Source of the DNA: Candidatus Latescibacterota bacterium
GTDB taxonomy: Bacteria; Latescibacterota; UBA2968; UBA8231
NCBI GenBank assembly: GCA_965223905.1
Contig: CBDCXV010000010.1
Location: 1,376,001 to 1,440,000, forward strand
Direction of reading: 5' to 3'
Length of the DNA: 64,000 nucleotides
Both the position numbers and the translations under genes were made by a program. The notes under the pieces were generated by a model that saw only the letters and a list, made by a program, of their open reading frames with translations, was not told the DNA's origin and ran no database searches. This document shows positions 49,843-60,525 of the stretch, piece after piece. Within the stretch, counting starts at the first letter, position 1, and each line of letters begins with the position of its first letter.

Positions 49843-51391
49843 CCCTCTGGTTGCATAAAAACAGGGCTTTTTTCTTCTCCGGAGTGCACCTTGTCACTTG
49901 CGGCGCCCTCTGAAAAAGGGGGTATTTGATACGGTCACCCATGACCTGTATCGACCCCTTCCAGGAGGACACCGCAAGTGAGGTTCAGAAAACAAGACAT
50001 TTTGGCCCGTTTTCACAAGCTCCCGCGTCTTCGCTTCGAAGATCAACGGCTTACTTCCTTTGCGGGAGTGATCGTTTTTCAACTGCTCTTTCGGCGCTTG
50101 GATCTAAAGACTCGACTGAAGTCCTGCTTCCCCGCCAAAAGCGCAGCGACCTTTGCTCCCCATGTCATTGTGTTGTTGCTCATCGTGCATCTGTTGCTGG
50201 GCTTCCGGCGGCTGCGGGACGTGGACTATTACCGGGACGATCCGGTGGTCCTGCGTTTGTTGGGCTTACGTCGCCTGCCGGATGTGGCCACCCTCAGTCG
50301 CGCGCTGGCAAAAATGGGCCATTCAAGTATCGCAAAAGTGCGACACCTGTCTTCGACCCTGGTCATGCAAGCGCTCCAGCGTGAGCGCTTCCCCCGTCTG
50401 ACTCTCGACTTCGACGGCTCGGTGATCTCCACCTGTGGTCATGCCGAAGGGACCGCCGTTGGCTATAATCCGAAAAAGAAGGGGGCGCGCAGCTACTACA
50501 ACCTGTTCTGCACGGTGGCGCAAACCGGACAGTTTCTGGATGTCCTTCACCGGCCCGGCAACGTCCATGACAGCAAGGACGCCCATGCGTTCATGATGGA
50601 CGCCTTCGATCGCGTGCGCGACGCCTTGGCGCCCACCGTGCTCGAGTCGCGACTGGACAGCGCCTTCTTCAGCCAAAACACGCTCACTCTCATGGACCTG
50701 TATGGCGTCGGATGCACGATCAGTGTCCCTTTCGAACGCTTTCCCGTACTCAAGGACCAGATCGAAGCGCGCCAGCGCTGGCGCTACCTCGATGAGCACT
50801 GCTCCTATTTCGAGAGTGACTGGAAACCGGAAAGCTGGCCGGCCTGCTACCGGTTTCTGTTTGTGCGCCGTGCGGTGCCGCGTCAGACCAAGCAAGCGCT
50901 GCAACTGGATCTGTTCGAACCCCGGCACATCGATCACGAGTACCGCGTTGTGGTTACCAACAAGATGAACTCGCCACGCAGCGTGCTCCTCTTCCACTAT
51001 GGCCGCGGCGCCCAGGAAGGGATCTTCGCCGAGGCCAAGCAACAGGCCGGGCTGGATCTGATCCCCACCCGACGGTTGCTCGGCAACCAGATGGTTACTT
51101 TGTGTGCGATGATGGCCCACAATCTGGGACGCGAAATGCAGATGCTGGCGCAGCCGCGATCGAACTATTCGCGCGCCAAACGGCCGGCGGCGTGGACCTT
51201 CCAAACCTTGGACACGCTGCGTCATCGCTTCATTCAACGCGCCGGGCGCCTCACTCAGCCCAAGGGCGAGTTGACCCTGACCCTGAACTCCAATCCAAAA
51301 GTCGAGAAAGATCTGTTGCATTTCCTCGAAATCCTGAAGGAAGCCGCCTGATCACAACCACCGCTTCAAACAGATTTATGCAACGTTAGGG
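49843..51391 (+). mobile_element. IS1380-family insertion sequence
   Basis: Terminal IRs ccctctggttgcataaa / tttatgcaacgttaggg; 4-bp target duplication TCAA (49839-49842, 51392-51395). Confidence 0.9.
49978..51351 (+). CDS. IS1380-family DDE transposase
   Basis: LTSFAG, LDFDGS, RPGN, RLDSAF, RGAQEGIFAE.K. Confidence 0.92.
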   Translation: MRFRKQDILARFHKLPRLRFEDQRLTSFAGVIVFQLLFRRLDLKTRLKSCFPAKSAATFAPHVIVLLLIVHLLLGFRRLRDVDYYRDDPVVLRLLGLRRLPDVATLSRALAKMGHSSIAKVRHLSSTLVMQALQRERFPRLTLDFDGSVISTCGHAEGTAVGYNPKKKGARSYYNLFCTVAQTGQFLDVLHRPGNVHDSKDAHAFMMDAFDRVRDALAPTVLESRLDSAFFSQNTLTLMDLYGVGCTISVPFERFPVLKDQIEARQRWRYLDEHCSYFESDWKPESWPACYRFLFVRRAVPRQTKQALQLDLFEPRHIDHEYRVVVTNKMNSPRSVLLFHYGRGAQEGIFAEAKQQAGLDLIPTRRLLGNQMVTLCAMMAHNLGREMQMLAQPRSNYSRAKRPAAWTFQTLDTLRHRFIQRAGRLTQPKGELTLTLNSNPKVEKDLLHFLEILKEAA

Positions 51392-53265
51392 TCAACAAGC
51401 CCGTCTCTCAGTGACTCGAGACTTGGCGGGTCAAGTTCGGCATCCGCGATAAGACGCGGCAACTGCCAACTTAGGCCGCCAACACTACCTTTCTTTTCTT
51501 TCGTCCGGCTCAGTGTCTGACAAAGCTGCTCGATTGAGAGATCTCGGGGAAACAATCGCAACACGCCGCCTACCGCAATTTTGTCCGGCCACAGATCCTC
51601 AGCAGCCACTACGTCGGCCGCGATGTCCCTTAGCCTGGGATCCCTGATTGCCACCATCGCATCGACAGCAAATAACCGCTCGCCTGTGGACGCATGAACC
51701 TCACGGGCAACGTCGTGCGCGATGTCAGCGCAATCAACAATGCGTCCCGCCTCAATGAGATAAAGGAGTGTCTTCCGGACCTCGACGTTTTCGATACCCA
51801 TTCCCCAAAGCTGAGTGATGCAGTCTGCCAATTCAGGCGATGCAAAACGATGTACTTGGATCTGTGGTACGCTCAATTCACGGCGTCCACCTTGACCATA
51901 TCGATCCACATAGGCACGTAGTGCTTGGTTTCGCTGGGTTTGGGAAAGAGCCTCCGGGTCACCTTCATCAAGTAGCACTGCAGATTCGTTGTCCCGGAGC
52001 ATTTCGAACATTCCACGCTCTGCGAACGCCAACCAACCAGCGATCGGTCGTTTTGATGGACGGACAATCGTCTTGCCTTTGGTTTCCGCGAAGATCAGCC
52101 GTTTGAGAGCCCGAAACGACATGCCCCGATCGCGGAGCGTCCGAATACGTTCTGCTGCCAAATATTCAACTACGGAACGATGATGAAAACGCACCCGACC
52201 ATAGGAGGCAAAACCGAAAAGGGGTCGCTCAAGTAGAGCTTTTCGTTCAGTTGGGTTCCAGTCCGGCAGTATGATTGCCGGATCTAGGGCGGCTTCATCC
52301 TCATTGACGTCTGACGCGGCGCTGTGCCGGATCGTCATTCGACGCGTAACCATCATGGCGAGGGCCAATCGGCTAGCCCCCTCAATGGCTCGCTCGACCG
52401 ACAGCTCGGCGGGTTCGGGCCTGTCGTCCCGCGGCTGTAGTTTCACTCGCACATTTGCAGCCACCTGATCACGATGAGTTCGGATACGCTTGAATTCGCC
52501 CCAATCCGCGCATAACTCGATTAGGTCCTGCGGGCGCCGCGCGAATTCCTGTCCGTTCCTTCTCTCCAAGTCCTCCAGCAATGCCGTAGGATCCTCGACA
52601 CCTTGAATTCTCGCGAACTCCAGAATCTGTGCATCCGATAAGGGCATAAGCGCGACCGTGCGCCAATCCGGAGCGGCGGAATCATCCATGTCCCCAACTC
52701 GCCGGGTCTGGTGATCCCGCATTGCAATTTTCGCGAAGGTCTCTTCACTCGGTTCTGTCGAAGGCGCCGGAGGAATGGGCAGCAGACGGCGCACAAGCTG
52801 TTCGTCGAATGGGATCGGCCGGGTCGTTATGATGATCCGGGACTGTCGGAGCTTGCTACCAATCACCCTTTTCAAACGTTTGAGAGCTAGCTCAAACGAA
52901 CCGAGGCTCAGTCTCAGTTCGTCGATCGAATCTAGGAAGAACGTCGCAACGTCGGATTGCGAAGAAAGCCAGGCGTCCAGCCGCTCTTCCTCATCGTGGT
53001 CTAGTAGGCTTCGGATATCTCCCGCCCCCAAGCTCGCCAGTTCAACGAAGAACGCGGGTTCACCGGCATCCCACAGTTGCTGCGCTTGTTTACGGCATTC
53101 ATACGTCTTGCCCGCGCCAGCCTCTGAGATCATCAGAACACGCTTGGAGCGCAGTAGGTCTTGCCATGTTGTCCCGCTCGACCAACCTAGACTGACCAAG
53201 AACGACTGCTGACCTGCCTCGCTGAGTTTGCCCTCAGGGATATTCTGGAATGTTCTTTCGAGCAT
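51392..53265 (-). pseudogene. NACHT/STAND-nuclease, N-terminal part (IS-interrupted)
   Basis: SEAGAGKT, FFLDSIDE, ITTRP, RPQDL, FHHRSVVEYLAA. Confidence 0.8.
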
Positions 53266-53344
53266 CAGCTTCGCGTGGTTTCACAGGGTTTCGGCTATGG
53301 CAACACAGGGCTCTGCTTGGTAATGTCTCAGTATGAAATGCTGC

Positions 53345-53722
53345 TCAGCAGCGGACCAGAATGATGATAACAGCCCCTACGGCGATGCTGGCATAGATGG
53401 CGAAGTGCGAGGCAGGGATAGCCTTCTTCGATATGGCGGGCGCCCGTTCTGGTTGTACTGTGGCGCAAAACCGGCAGGTGCCTGCTTGGACATGAATCCG
53501 TTCGTGACATGCGGGGCATCGTTTCCCGGCTGCGAAAGCAAGGGCCACTCCCACCGGGCCAGCGAACAGCCCGATGAAAAAGCACACGAAAGCGATGTCG
53601 GAGTTGCTTCGGTTGCGGGCGATGACGGCGGCGGCAATAGCGCAGGTCAGGATCAGCACGAACAGCACGTACCCCATGAAGCCCGCTTGAGCGAGGGCTA
53701 CTAAAAATTCGAGTTTTTCCAC
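53345..53722 (-). CDS. Small membrane protein with zinc ribbon
   Basis: TM helices plus CPAC..CRFC. Confidence 0.65.
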   Translation of the reverse strand: MEKLEFLVALAQAGFMGYVLFVLILTCAIAAAVIARNRSNSDIAFVCFFIGLFAGPVGVALAFAAGKRCPACHERIHVQAGTCRFCATVQPERAPAISKKAIPASHFAIYASIAVGAVIIILVRC

Positions 53723-53738
53723 GGGGGTCCCTCCGATC

Positions 53739-55313
53739 GGGTGTCTTAGCTGATTGTTACGGTTTCGGTGGTTGTTTTTAGGTTTTCTCGGTACTGCTGA
53801 AAGACCCGGTCAAGCGTTCCATTGTACAAGGCGCAGCGCAGGGCCAGAATGGCGTTGCTGTTTTCCTTATACCACCAAGCGCCCGACCGTTTCAGACGAA
53901 CGTGGCCGATGAAGCGATGCGCCGATTCGATCGCCCCCGACCCGATCGGGTATCCGCCCTTGCGATGGCTGCCGAAATCGACCTGGTGCAGTCGCTTTTG
54001 CAGGTAGGTCAAGGCCGTGCCGATGGCCTCTCCGGCCTCTTCCGAGAGCGGCTGCATGCGCTGCAGACCCCAGACCACGCCGCTGCCCTCGCCGCAGAAC
54101 AGGCGCGCCAGGGTCGCTTCCAGCCAATGGGCAGCACGCGCCGCATCGGCGCCGTATTGGGCCTCGGCCACCGCGTGCAGGTAGCTGCTGCAATGGTAGT
54201 AGTCGAGGATCTGACGGGCGCTCGGGAACAGCTCTTCCACCCACTTCCAGATCCACGGAGCGCCATCTCCGATGGCACACAAGCGCACCTGATCCTCCGG
54301 GATCAGCCCCGCCTCCTTGACCTGGCGCAAGGCCGCGCCGAAGGCCTGTTCGTTGCCCATCTGGTGCCAGGAGATCAGCTGCTCGATGCGCTCATCGTCT
54401 ATCAGGTAGAAGCGAAAGCCCTTGGCTTCGTGGTATTCCCCCTGCCAACGCCTTCGCCGAGCCCGGCTCTTCTTGCGTCCGGGACGGGTGCCTTTGGCGG
54501 TCTGGGGACGACTGGGCACGTCGGCCGCGTCGATGGCCAACACCACGATCGGCCGCCACTTGCGACCGGCGGCGGCTTGCGCAATGCGATCCTGGATATC
54601 GGCCGCGTCCGGACACACCTGCAGCACGTCCAACGACCCGGTCTGTTGCAGCACCTCGTGAATCACACAATCGCTCATCGACGCGTCGGTGAGCTCGTCC
54701 AACAGTTCGGCGGCGCGCCGGTGGGGCATCTCCAGCCCCAGCTTGACCCCGGCCTGCTGCACGTCCCACTGCTTGCGCTGCGCCGACAGGCCCAGGGCCT
54801 CGTCCAGCGGATAGAACCCGTGGTGACAGCCAACGCAGTAGAAATAGGGACGCTCCAAGGTCACCGGCCCGAGCAGCGTCTCCACCGTGCGCGAGCGAGA
54901 CGGGCGCGCTCGCAGCAGGCCTTTGCACTTGGGGCAGGCCGCCTCTTCCTGGGCCAGGAAATGGCCGTGGCGGCGTTCGACGAAGGCTTCCACCAAGGCC
55001 GCGGTGAGCCCGGAGCGCTCTTGAGACATCGCCGCGGTGATCTCCATCAACGTCGGCGCACAAGATCCGCGCTCGCTCATTTGCGTCTCCACCCGATCCA
55101 GCCATTGGTCCAAGGCTTCATGCGCCCGGCTTCGAAAGCGGTCCTGACTCTGCCGCTCCTGAAAAACTTCCAGAGAGAGAATCGCACTCATCGCTCCCCT
55201 TCTTTCTGAAATCAGGGGAGCGCGCCGCAGGGGATGCGGAAAAAGAAAGCAACTTACTGTAAAATATACACATACGCACCTGAATTGCGCTATAACAATT
55301 ACTTAAGACGCCC
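53739..55313 (-). mobile_element. ISKra4-family insertion sequence
   Basis: IRs gggtgtcttagctgattgtta / taacaattacttaagacgccc (17/21); no target duplication seen. Confidence 0.8.
53746..55191 (-). CDS. ISKra4-family transposase
   Basis: CPKC/CVGC, AIDA, GDGAPWIW, LDYYH, IGSGAIES. Confidence 0.9.
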   Translation of the reverse strand: MSAILSLEVFQERQSQDRFRSRAHEALDQWLDRVETQMSERGSCAPTLMEITAAMSQERSGLTAALVEAFVERRHGHFLAQEEAACPKCKGLLRARPSRSRTVETLLGPVTLERPYFYCVGCHHGFYPLDEALGLSAQRKQWDVQQAGVKLGLEMPHRRAAELLDELTDASMSDCVIHEVLQQTGSLDVLQVCPDAADIQDRIAQAAAGRKWRPIVVLAIDAADVPSRPQTAKGTRPGRKKSRARRRRWQGEYHEAKGFRFYLIDDERIEQLISWHQMGNEQAFGAALRQVKEAGLIPEDQVRLCAIGDGAPWIWKWVEELFPSARQILDYYHCSSYLHAVAEAQYGADAARAAHWLEATLARLFCGEGSGVVWGLQRMQPLSEEAGEAIGTALTYLQKRLHQVDFGSHRKGGYPIGSGAIESAHRFIGHVRLKRSGAWWYKENSNAILALRCALYNGTLDRVFQQYRENLKTTTETVTIS

Positions 55314-55731
55314 GTCCTCGCAGTTCGGAAAGAACGTCCGGCATCGCGTTCGGGTCATCCTCCCTCACTATCGTCATAAGCGATCGCACGATGATGTTGT
55401 CGGGCAAAGTTTGGTTCAATTCTTCGCAGGTGGTGATTTCTGGCCATCTGAAATTGCCTTGCAGCCGAATGGCTATGGTGTCCGCGTACAGATTGGCGGT
55501 GTCTGGCTCGAACTTGTTGGAGGCGAGGTGACAGTACCCTAAGAAGAGGTGAACTCCCAGCCAGAAATCTGGCAAGGTTCGAGAAGTATCCTTCGAAGTT
55601 GCCCACACAGAACGAGAAGGGACCTTCCATCGAACCCCATCCGGTCCGGCACGGGTCGAGCTCCCAGGGGGAAAGGCGAGTTCAGGATTGGCTTCTCGAT
55701 GAGAGTGGGGTCCATTCATAAGGTCAGTCAC
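55314..55731 (-). pseudogene. Unknown gene coupled to mcrC, truncated by ISKra4
   Basis: GTGA overlap with the mcrC stop; frame runs into the IS end. Confidence 0.4.
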
Positions 55732-57086
55732 ACCTGCGCAGAAGCTCGCTGCTGCTGCTGAGCAATGTTCTCGAACGACTCATCGATGATGGTCGCTAGG
55801 CCGTCGCATAACGGCATCTCTCCGGTGCCAGCCGTCAACTCCTTCAGTAGTGACTCGATCGGCAGGCCAATACCGACGATTTCCGCTCCTGCTCCGCCGG
55901 ACAACCGACGAATTCGAAGCCGCGTGCTTCTGGGCTCTCCAGCCGTCGCCGGATACAGCAGCAGGGATGTCGGCACCGCATCCGATGCCGTCGCCCCGAG
56001 GGCGAACGCATAGAGGAACGTCTGGTAGATGTCGCCCGGATCGAACCCGCGCTCATCGTACAGCTTGTACTTTGCGTCGATCGCCACCCGGCAACCCGAC
56101 TCTCCCCGCCGTTCGACCACGACATCCGGGATGATGCTCGTGTAAGGACGTTGGCTCGAGACATTCCACACGATGGATTTGAAAAGGATCTGAGACGTCA
56201 CGCGATACCGGGCCACCGGCAAGACCTGCTCGACGACTCGGGTCACAAAGCGCTCGAACAACTGGTTCATGTTCAGCAGAAACGAGAAAGACCGGATCTC
56301 ACCGGGCACGAACAGGTCATCGATGCCCAGAGCGTCGAGCAGCAGCCATCCCAACTGGTGGGCAGTCTCGTAGTGGGCGTTCAGTCGGTTGTAGGTCAAG
56401 GTCGTCCGCGCGCCCGCGAGGTCGAGCTGACCGGTATCGCATATCGGCTCGAGCACGCCCCGGAGCCGAAAGATGCGGCGCTGCAGTCCGACGGAGGTGA
56501 CCCGCGGAGACGCTACCTGCAGGGCCGCGGACAGCAACTGGTTCTCGACGACGTCGTGTTCCAACTCGTCGAAGCGGCAGATGATGCGGTCGAGTTGGCC
56601 GAATCGTTCGAGCACCTGGCGGTCTCCGAGAATCCGACCACGCGCCATCGGCAGGTCGTCCTCGCGTTCGTCATAGCCTGAGAGCAGGCCCTGCCGCAGG
56701 ACCCGCTCGCTGGCCTCAACGAAAAGCAGGGCGAAGAGCTCAAGCAGGCTGTCCCCGGAAGCCTGCAGAGTCACACCGTCACGAAGGCGGGTCAGCGCGT
56801 CGAGCCCCGACGCGTACTCGATTAGCCGCACCAGCCCGAGCACGTCGCCGGTCACCTTCGGTACGACCCGAATCTCGACGGTCGGCAGGCGCACGACGCC
56901 TACCCACGACCGGGTCCGAACGCGGAGCCCCTGCCGCAGCTCCTCGATCTGCAGCCGGTCGTCGGCCAAGGCCGACAACTTCTCGACAACGGCCCGGTCC
57001 TCCGGCGTCAGGGCGACATCGTGGTAGACTTCACTATTCCACTCGGTCAAGGTGTCCAGGAGCCGCACACCTTCCGGAGCAGTCAT
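55728..57086 (-). CDS. mcrC: McrC family nuclease subunit
   Basis: WVGVV..IRVVPK; MNQLFERFV; IPDVV..DAKYK; DIYQ..YA. Confidence 0.9.
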   Translation of the reverse strand: MTAPEGVRLLDTLTEWNSEVYHDVALTPEDRAVVEKLSALADDRLQIEELRQGLRVRTRSWVGVVRLPTVEIRVVPKVTGDVLGLVRLIEYASGLDALTRLRDGVTLQASGDSLLELFALLFVEASERVLRQGLLSGYDEREDDLPMARGRILGDRQVLERFGQLDRIICRFDELEHDVVENQLLSAALQVASPRVTSVGLQRRIFRLRGVLEPICDTGQLDLAGARTTLTYNRLNAHYETAHQLGWLLLDALGIDDLFVPGEIRSFSFLLNMNQLFERFVTRVVEQVLPVARYRVTSQILFKSIVWNVSSQRPYTSIIPDVVVERRGESGCRVAIDAKYKLYDERGFDPGDIYQTFLYAFALGATASDAVPTSLLLYPATAGEPRSTRLRIRRLSGGAGAEIVGIGLPIESLLKELTAGTGEMPLCDGLATIIDESFENIAQQQQRASAQV

Positions 57087-59638
57087 CCCGCCGAGACCCC
57101 GCCCTCACCGAATTCCCGCGCCAACGCCGCAACCAGTTGCCCGGCGTCGTCAACCTTCTCCCCGTCCAGCGTGCCGCCATCGGCATCGACCAGCTCACTG
57201 CCAATGAACTTCGCCAGCATCGCGTAGTCGTCGTAGCAGTACTCCTGTAGCAGCGGCAGAATTTCCTCCCGAAACCGGGCCGCGAATTCCTCGATCTCGT
57301 CCACCGGCTGGCCGTCAACCAGCAGATACGAATGACCGACTTGCTTCTCGCGCCCCTCGAATCTGGCGATCCGCTGGTTCAGCCCGTCGAGGAAGTCGTC
57401 GAGCGCGAGTTCACCGACTGCGGCGCCGTGCAGCAGCTCGGTATCGGGCATGCACTCGAGGAATGCGAAGCGCCGCCGCAGCGCGGCGTCGAGCAGTTTG
57501 ATGCTGCGATCAGCGGTATTCATGGTGCCGAGAAGAAACAAGTTTCGCGGAACGCTGAAGGTCTCCTTGCTCTGCGGCAGGGTCAGGGTGAGGCCACGCT
57601 TGTCTCGCTCGAGCAGCGTTAGCAGCTCACCCATGATTTTGGCGACGTTGCCACGGTTGATCTCGTCTATCAGCAGGAGGTATGGACGACCGGGATTCGC
57701 CTGGGCGACGCGGCAAACCCTCTTGAAGACGCCGTCTTCGAGCGCCAGCGACAACCCCCCAACGCCGCCGCCGTCCGGACGAAATCCCTCGATAAAGTCC
57801 TCGTACGTGTAGGACGGATGAAACGTAACGCGGGTCAGCGCGCCCACGCTGGCCGTCATGCCCGAATCGGCGTGCTTCAGGACGGCACGCCCCGGATGAC
57901 GTTCCGCCAGCTGCACGAGGAGGTGGTCGGCCTCCGTCTCCGTCAGCGCGAAGAGCGTACCCTGGTTGTTAAACCGCATCGGCTCACTCTGCGCCAGTAC
58001 TGCATCTTGAGTCAGCTCGTCATAACTCGGTCCTTGGTCGAGCTGCTCGACAGACTCCAGCTCAATCGTTGGTGGGTTGTCGCCGAAGCTCTGGAGTTCC
58101 CGACTCACACGTGCAAGAGCCATGATGCGCTTGTCGGGCGTACTCTGGTACCCGATCACCAGGTCACCTCGCTGTACCAGCGGATAGTTTCGTTTGAGGC
58201 GACCGTACCGATACTCGACCCTGCCGTCCCGAAAGAGCCGGTCCCAGCTCCACTCCTTCGGATTTGCCACTATCCACCACACCCGCGACGACACCTGGGA
58301 GGTCGAGAGCTCACGCTCCGCCTCTCCCAGCCGATCGGAATCGCCAAGCACCGCGTCGGCTCCCTCGCGCCCGTTCTGTTTCAACAACCACCAGACCGCG
58401 AACCGCCTGGCCTGGTAGGTCTTTCCTGTCCCCGGTGGCCCATACAAAATGAGCTGGCCCTTGCGCTCGAGGGCTGCCGCGATGCGGCCGTACACGGCAT
58501 CGACCACCACCGGTTCAAGCCCCTTGCCGCCCACGATCTTCTTCAGCAGCGTGTCAGGTACCTTCGCGACCGTTACGGTTGCCCAACCCTTCTGCGGCGT
58601 CACGCGTTGCTCGTAGGTCGTGTCCCATTTGACCGCCACGGTGTGCCGGTACTCGGGACGCTCATCCGCCCATCGATATCCCGGCTCGACAACCTCCCCC
58701 AGGGCAAGCACTTGGCCGACACCTCGATTGGCTACGACGAGGTCGCCGGGCTCCAGCTCGTAAAGAGCCCACAGCTCGTTGCCCTTCCGTCTAGCCTGTG
58801 CAAGGTGCCCGTTGTAGGGGAAAGCCTCCTCGAACCGAGCACGGAATGCCTCCTTCGATTCGAACTGCGAGAGATCCCCCACCTCGTCCCAACCGACGCA
58901 GATGTAGCCCTCTTGCAGGCAATCGTCCCAGAACTTCGCATTCTCTCCCGGCGCAATCTTCAACACTCGCCTCGTCTCACGCGGATCGCGCCAATTGTAG
59001 AGCAGCCGCTGCAGCTCCTCAGTGTTCCAGCCCTCCACGCCAGGTTCGCGCCGCAGCGCCTCAAGCAGGCAGCGATTCAGGGCCACCACCGACGACGCGT
59101 TTACCTCCTCCGCTGGGCGATCCAACGAACGCAGGAATTGTCGCAGGTGGGCGGTCGCGTAGACGGGCAGCACCTCGTCGGGGAAATACACGTGCAGGGA
59201 CTTCAACTTCACCGCCGGCCCGAGTGACAGGGTCTCAAGCTCGTCGATGCGTTCCCAGTCGCCACTCGTTGCCCATTCGAATGCCTGCAAGAACTCGCTC
59301 CGCAACCGCTCCCAAGCCTCCCTCTCGTTCGCAAACAGGTTCTTCGGAAAGTACCACCCTTCCCGGTTCCTCGGTTTGTAGATGATCAGCTTCCTGGCTG
59401 ATCCACCTTGGATGCTGCCCACCCACCGAGCCTTGTACTCCAGCCAGTAGCAGTAGGTGTCTTCCACCCCCGGCTGGCCCAGCGCGTAGTCCTCCAGCGT
59501 CATCTCTGGCCACTTGTCGAGTGGAAAGCGCTTCAGGATCTCGGCACGCTGCGATCGATACCCCTCGGCGGCAGGGTTTTTGGGTGATCGATCGAACTGC
59601 GCGATCACGTCGCTGAGTGTGAGGTTGCTCTTGATCAT
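57083..59638 (-). CDS. mcrB: McrB family AAA+ GTPase with EVE/PUA-like domains
   Basis: GPPGTGKT; TFHPSYTYEDF; IDEINRG; MNTADRS; LRRRF. Confidence 0.92.
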   Translation of the reverse strand: MIKSNLTLSDVIAQFDRSPKNPAAEGYRSQRAEILKRFPLDKWPEMTLEDYALGQPGVEDTYCYWLEYKARWVGSIQGGSARKLIIYKPRNREGWYFPKNLFANEREAWERLRSEFLQAFEWATSGDWERIDELETLSLGPAVKLKSLHVYFPDEVLPVYATAHLRQFLRSLDRPAEEVNASSVVALNRCLLEALRREPGVEGWNTEELQRLLYNWRDPRETRRVLKIAPGENAKFWDDCLQEGYICVGWDEVGDLSQFESKEAFRARFEEAFPYNGHLAQARRKGNELWALYELEPGDLVVANRGVGQVLALGEVVEPGYRWADERPEYRHTVAVKWDTTYEQRVTPQKGWATVTVAKVPDTLLKKIVGGKGLEPVVVDAVYGRIAAALERKGQLILYGPPGTGKTYQARRFAVWWLLKQNGREGADAVLGDSDRLGEAERELSTSQVSSRVWWIVANPKEWSWDRLFRDGRVEYRYGRLKRNYPLVQRGDLVIGYQSTPDKRIMALARVSRELQSFGDNPPTIELESVEQLDQGPSYDELTQDAVLAQSEPMRFNNQGTLFALTETEADHLLVQLAERHPGRAVLKHADSGMTASVGALTRVTFHPSYTYEDFIEGFRPDGGGVGGLSLALEDGVFKRVCRVAQANPGRPYLLLIDEINRGNVAKIMGELLTLLERDKRGLTLTLPQSKETFSVPRNLFLLGTMNTADRSIKLLDAALRRRFAFLECMPDTELLHGAAVGELALDDFLDGLNQRIARFEGREKQVGHSYLLVDGQPVDEIEEFAARFREEILPLLQEYCYDDYAMLAKFIGSELVDADGGTLDGEKVDDAGQLVAALAREFGEGGVSAG

Positions 59639-59659
59639 TGCAGGCGGATTATCACCTGT

Positions 59660-60403
59660 CTACATAACGCTTGCAAGTCTTACGGTGAGCTCTGCGTGAT
59701 GACGGCTTAGCCATTGCTTGCCTCGCTCCATTTCAGGACAAAGGCTCTGAACGGTCAACCAAAACTTCGCCGAATGATCCGGGACTACCAGATGCACGGC
59801 CTCGTGCGCAACGAGGTAACTGAGTACGAAATCAGGCGCGAGAATGAGGCGCCAGTTGAAGGACAGATTCCTTCGGGCCGAGCAGTTGCCCCACTTCGTG
59901 CGCTGACCCATCACGTAGACGGCTCGGGTTCCTGTCTAATGCGGGCGGTCACCAAAGGCAGGTAGTCCGCAATGGCCGAGCGCGCCTGTCCCCTAAGCCA
60001 GTTCTCGAGACCGCGCACCGCCGGCGTTTGCGTTTCCGGCCCGCGGCAAACGACGATCTCCCCGCCGCTCCATGCGACGCGGTTTCCGCGCGCCTTGGTG
60101 TCGACGAACTCAACACGCACCGGGGTCCGTTCTCCGCGATACAGGATTTCGCCGGACTGCCGCCGCACCGGCTTCCTTAGCGCACGAAGACTCGCCACCC
60201 GGTCGAGCTGGGCGAGCACCCAGCTCTCGTTCCGGCGCAGGAACCCCGACACGTCCCTGCCGCTCGCACCCACAGGTTGCACTACCTCGACGCCGCCTGG
60301 ACCGACCCGAATGCGGGTCTGCCAGGGCGGCCTTGGAGACGACCACGTCGTAATCCACGAGGCTGCCGCGCAGCACTATCCGCTGGTGCGGTACGGCCTT
60401 CAT
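59660..60403 (-). pseudogene. M48/YgjP (DUF45) zinc metallopeptidase, two frameshifts
   Basis: KWGNCS, FNWRL, YLVAHEAVH, HSAKFW; pieces in three frames. Confidence 0.8.
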
Positions 60404-60525
60404 TCGTCAGATACCCCGTCCGACTTGGCCAACTCCTCGACTGCCGGCTTCAGGAACGGAGGGTCTTCGGCGCTCGTGTCGAAACCCAGCCGTGCGTAGG
60501 GTGGGTTCCACGACTCCGCCATAAG
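60400..60525 (-). pseudogene. C-terminal remnant of an upstream gene, possibly type I hsdR
   Basis: LMAESWNPPYARLGFDTSAEDPPFLKPAVEELAKSDGVSDE-stop, ATGA-coupled to the M48 gene. Confidence 0.3.
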
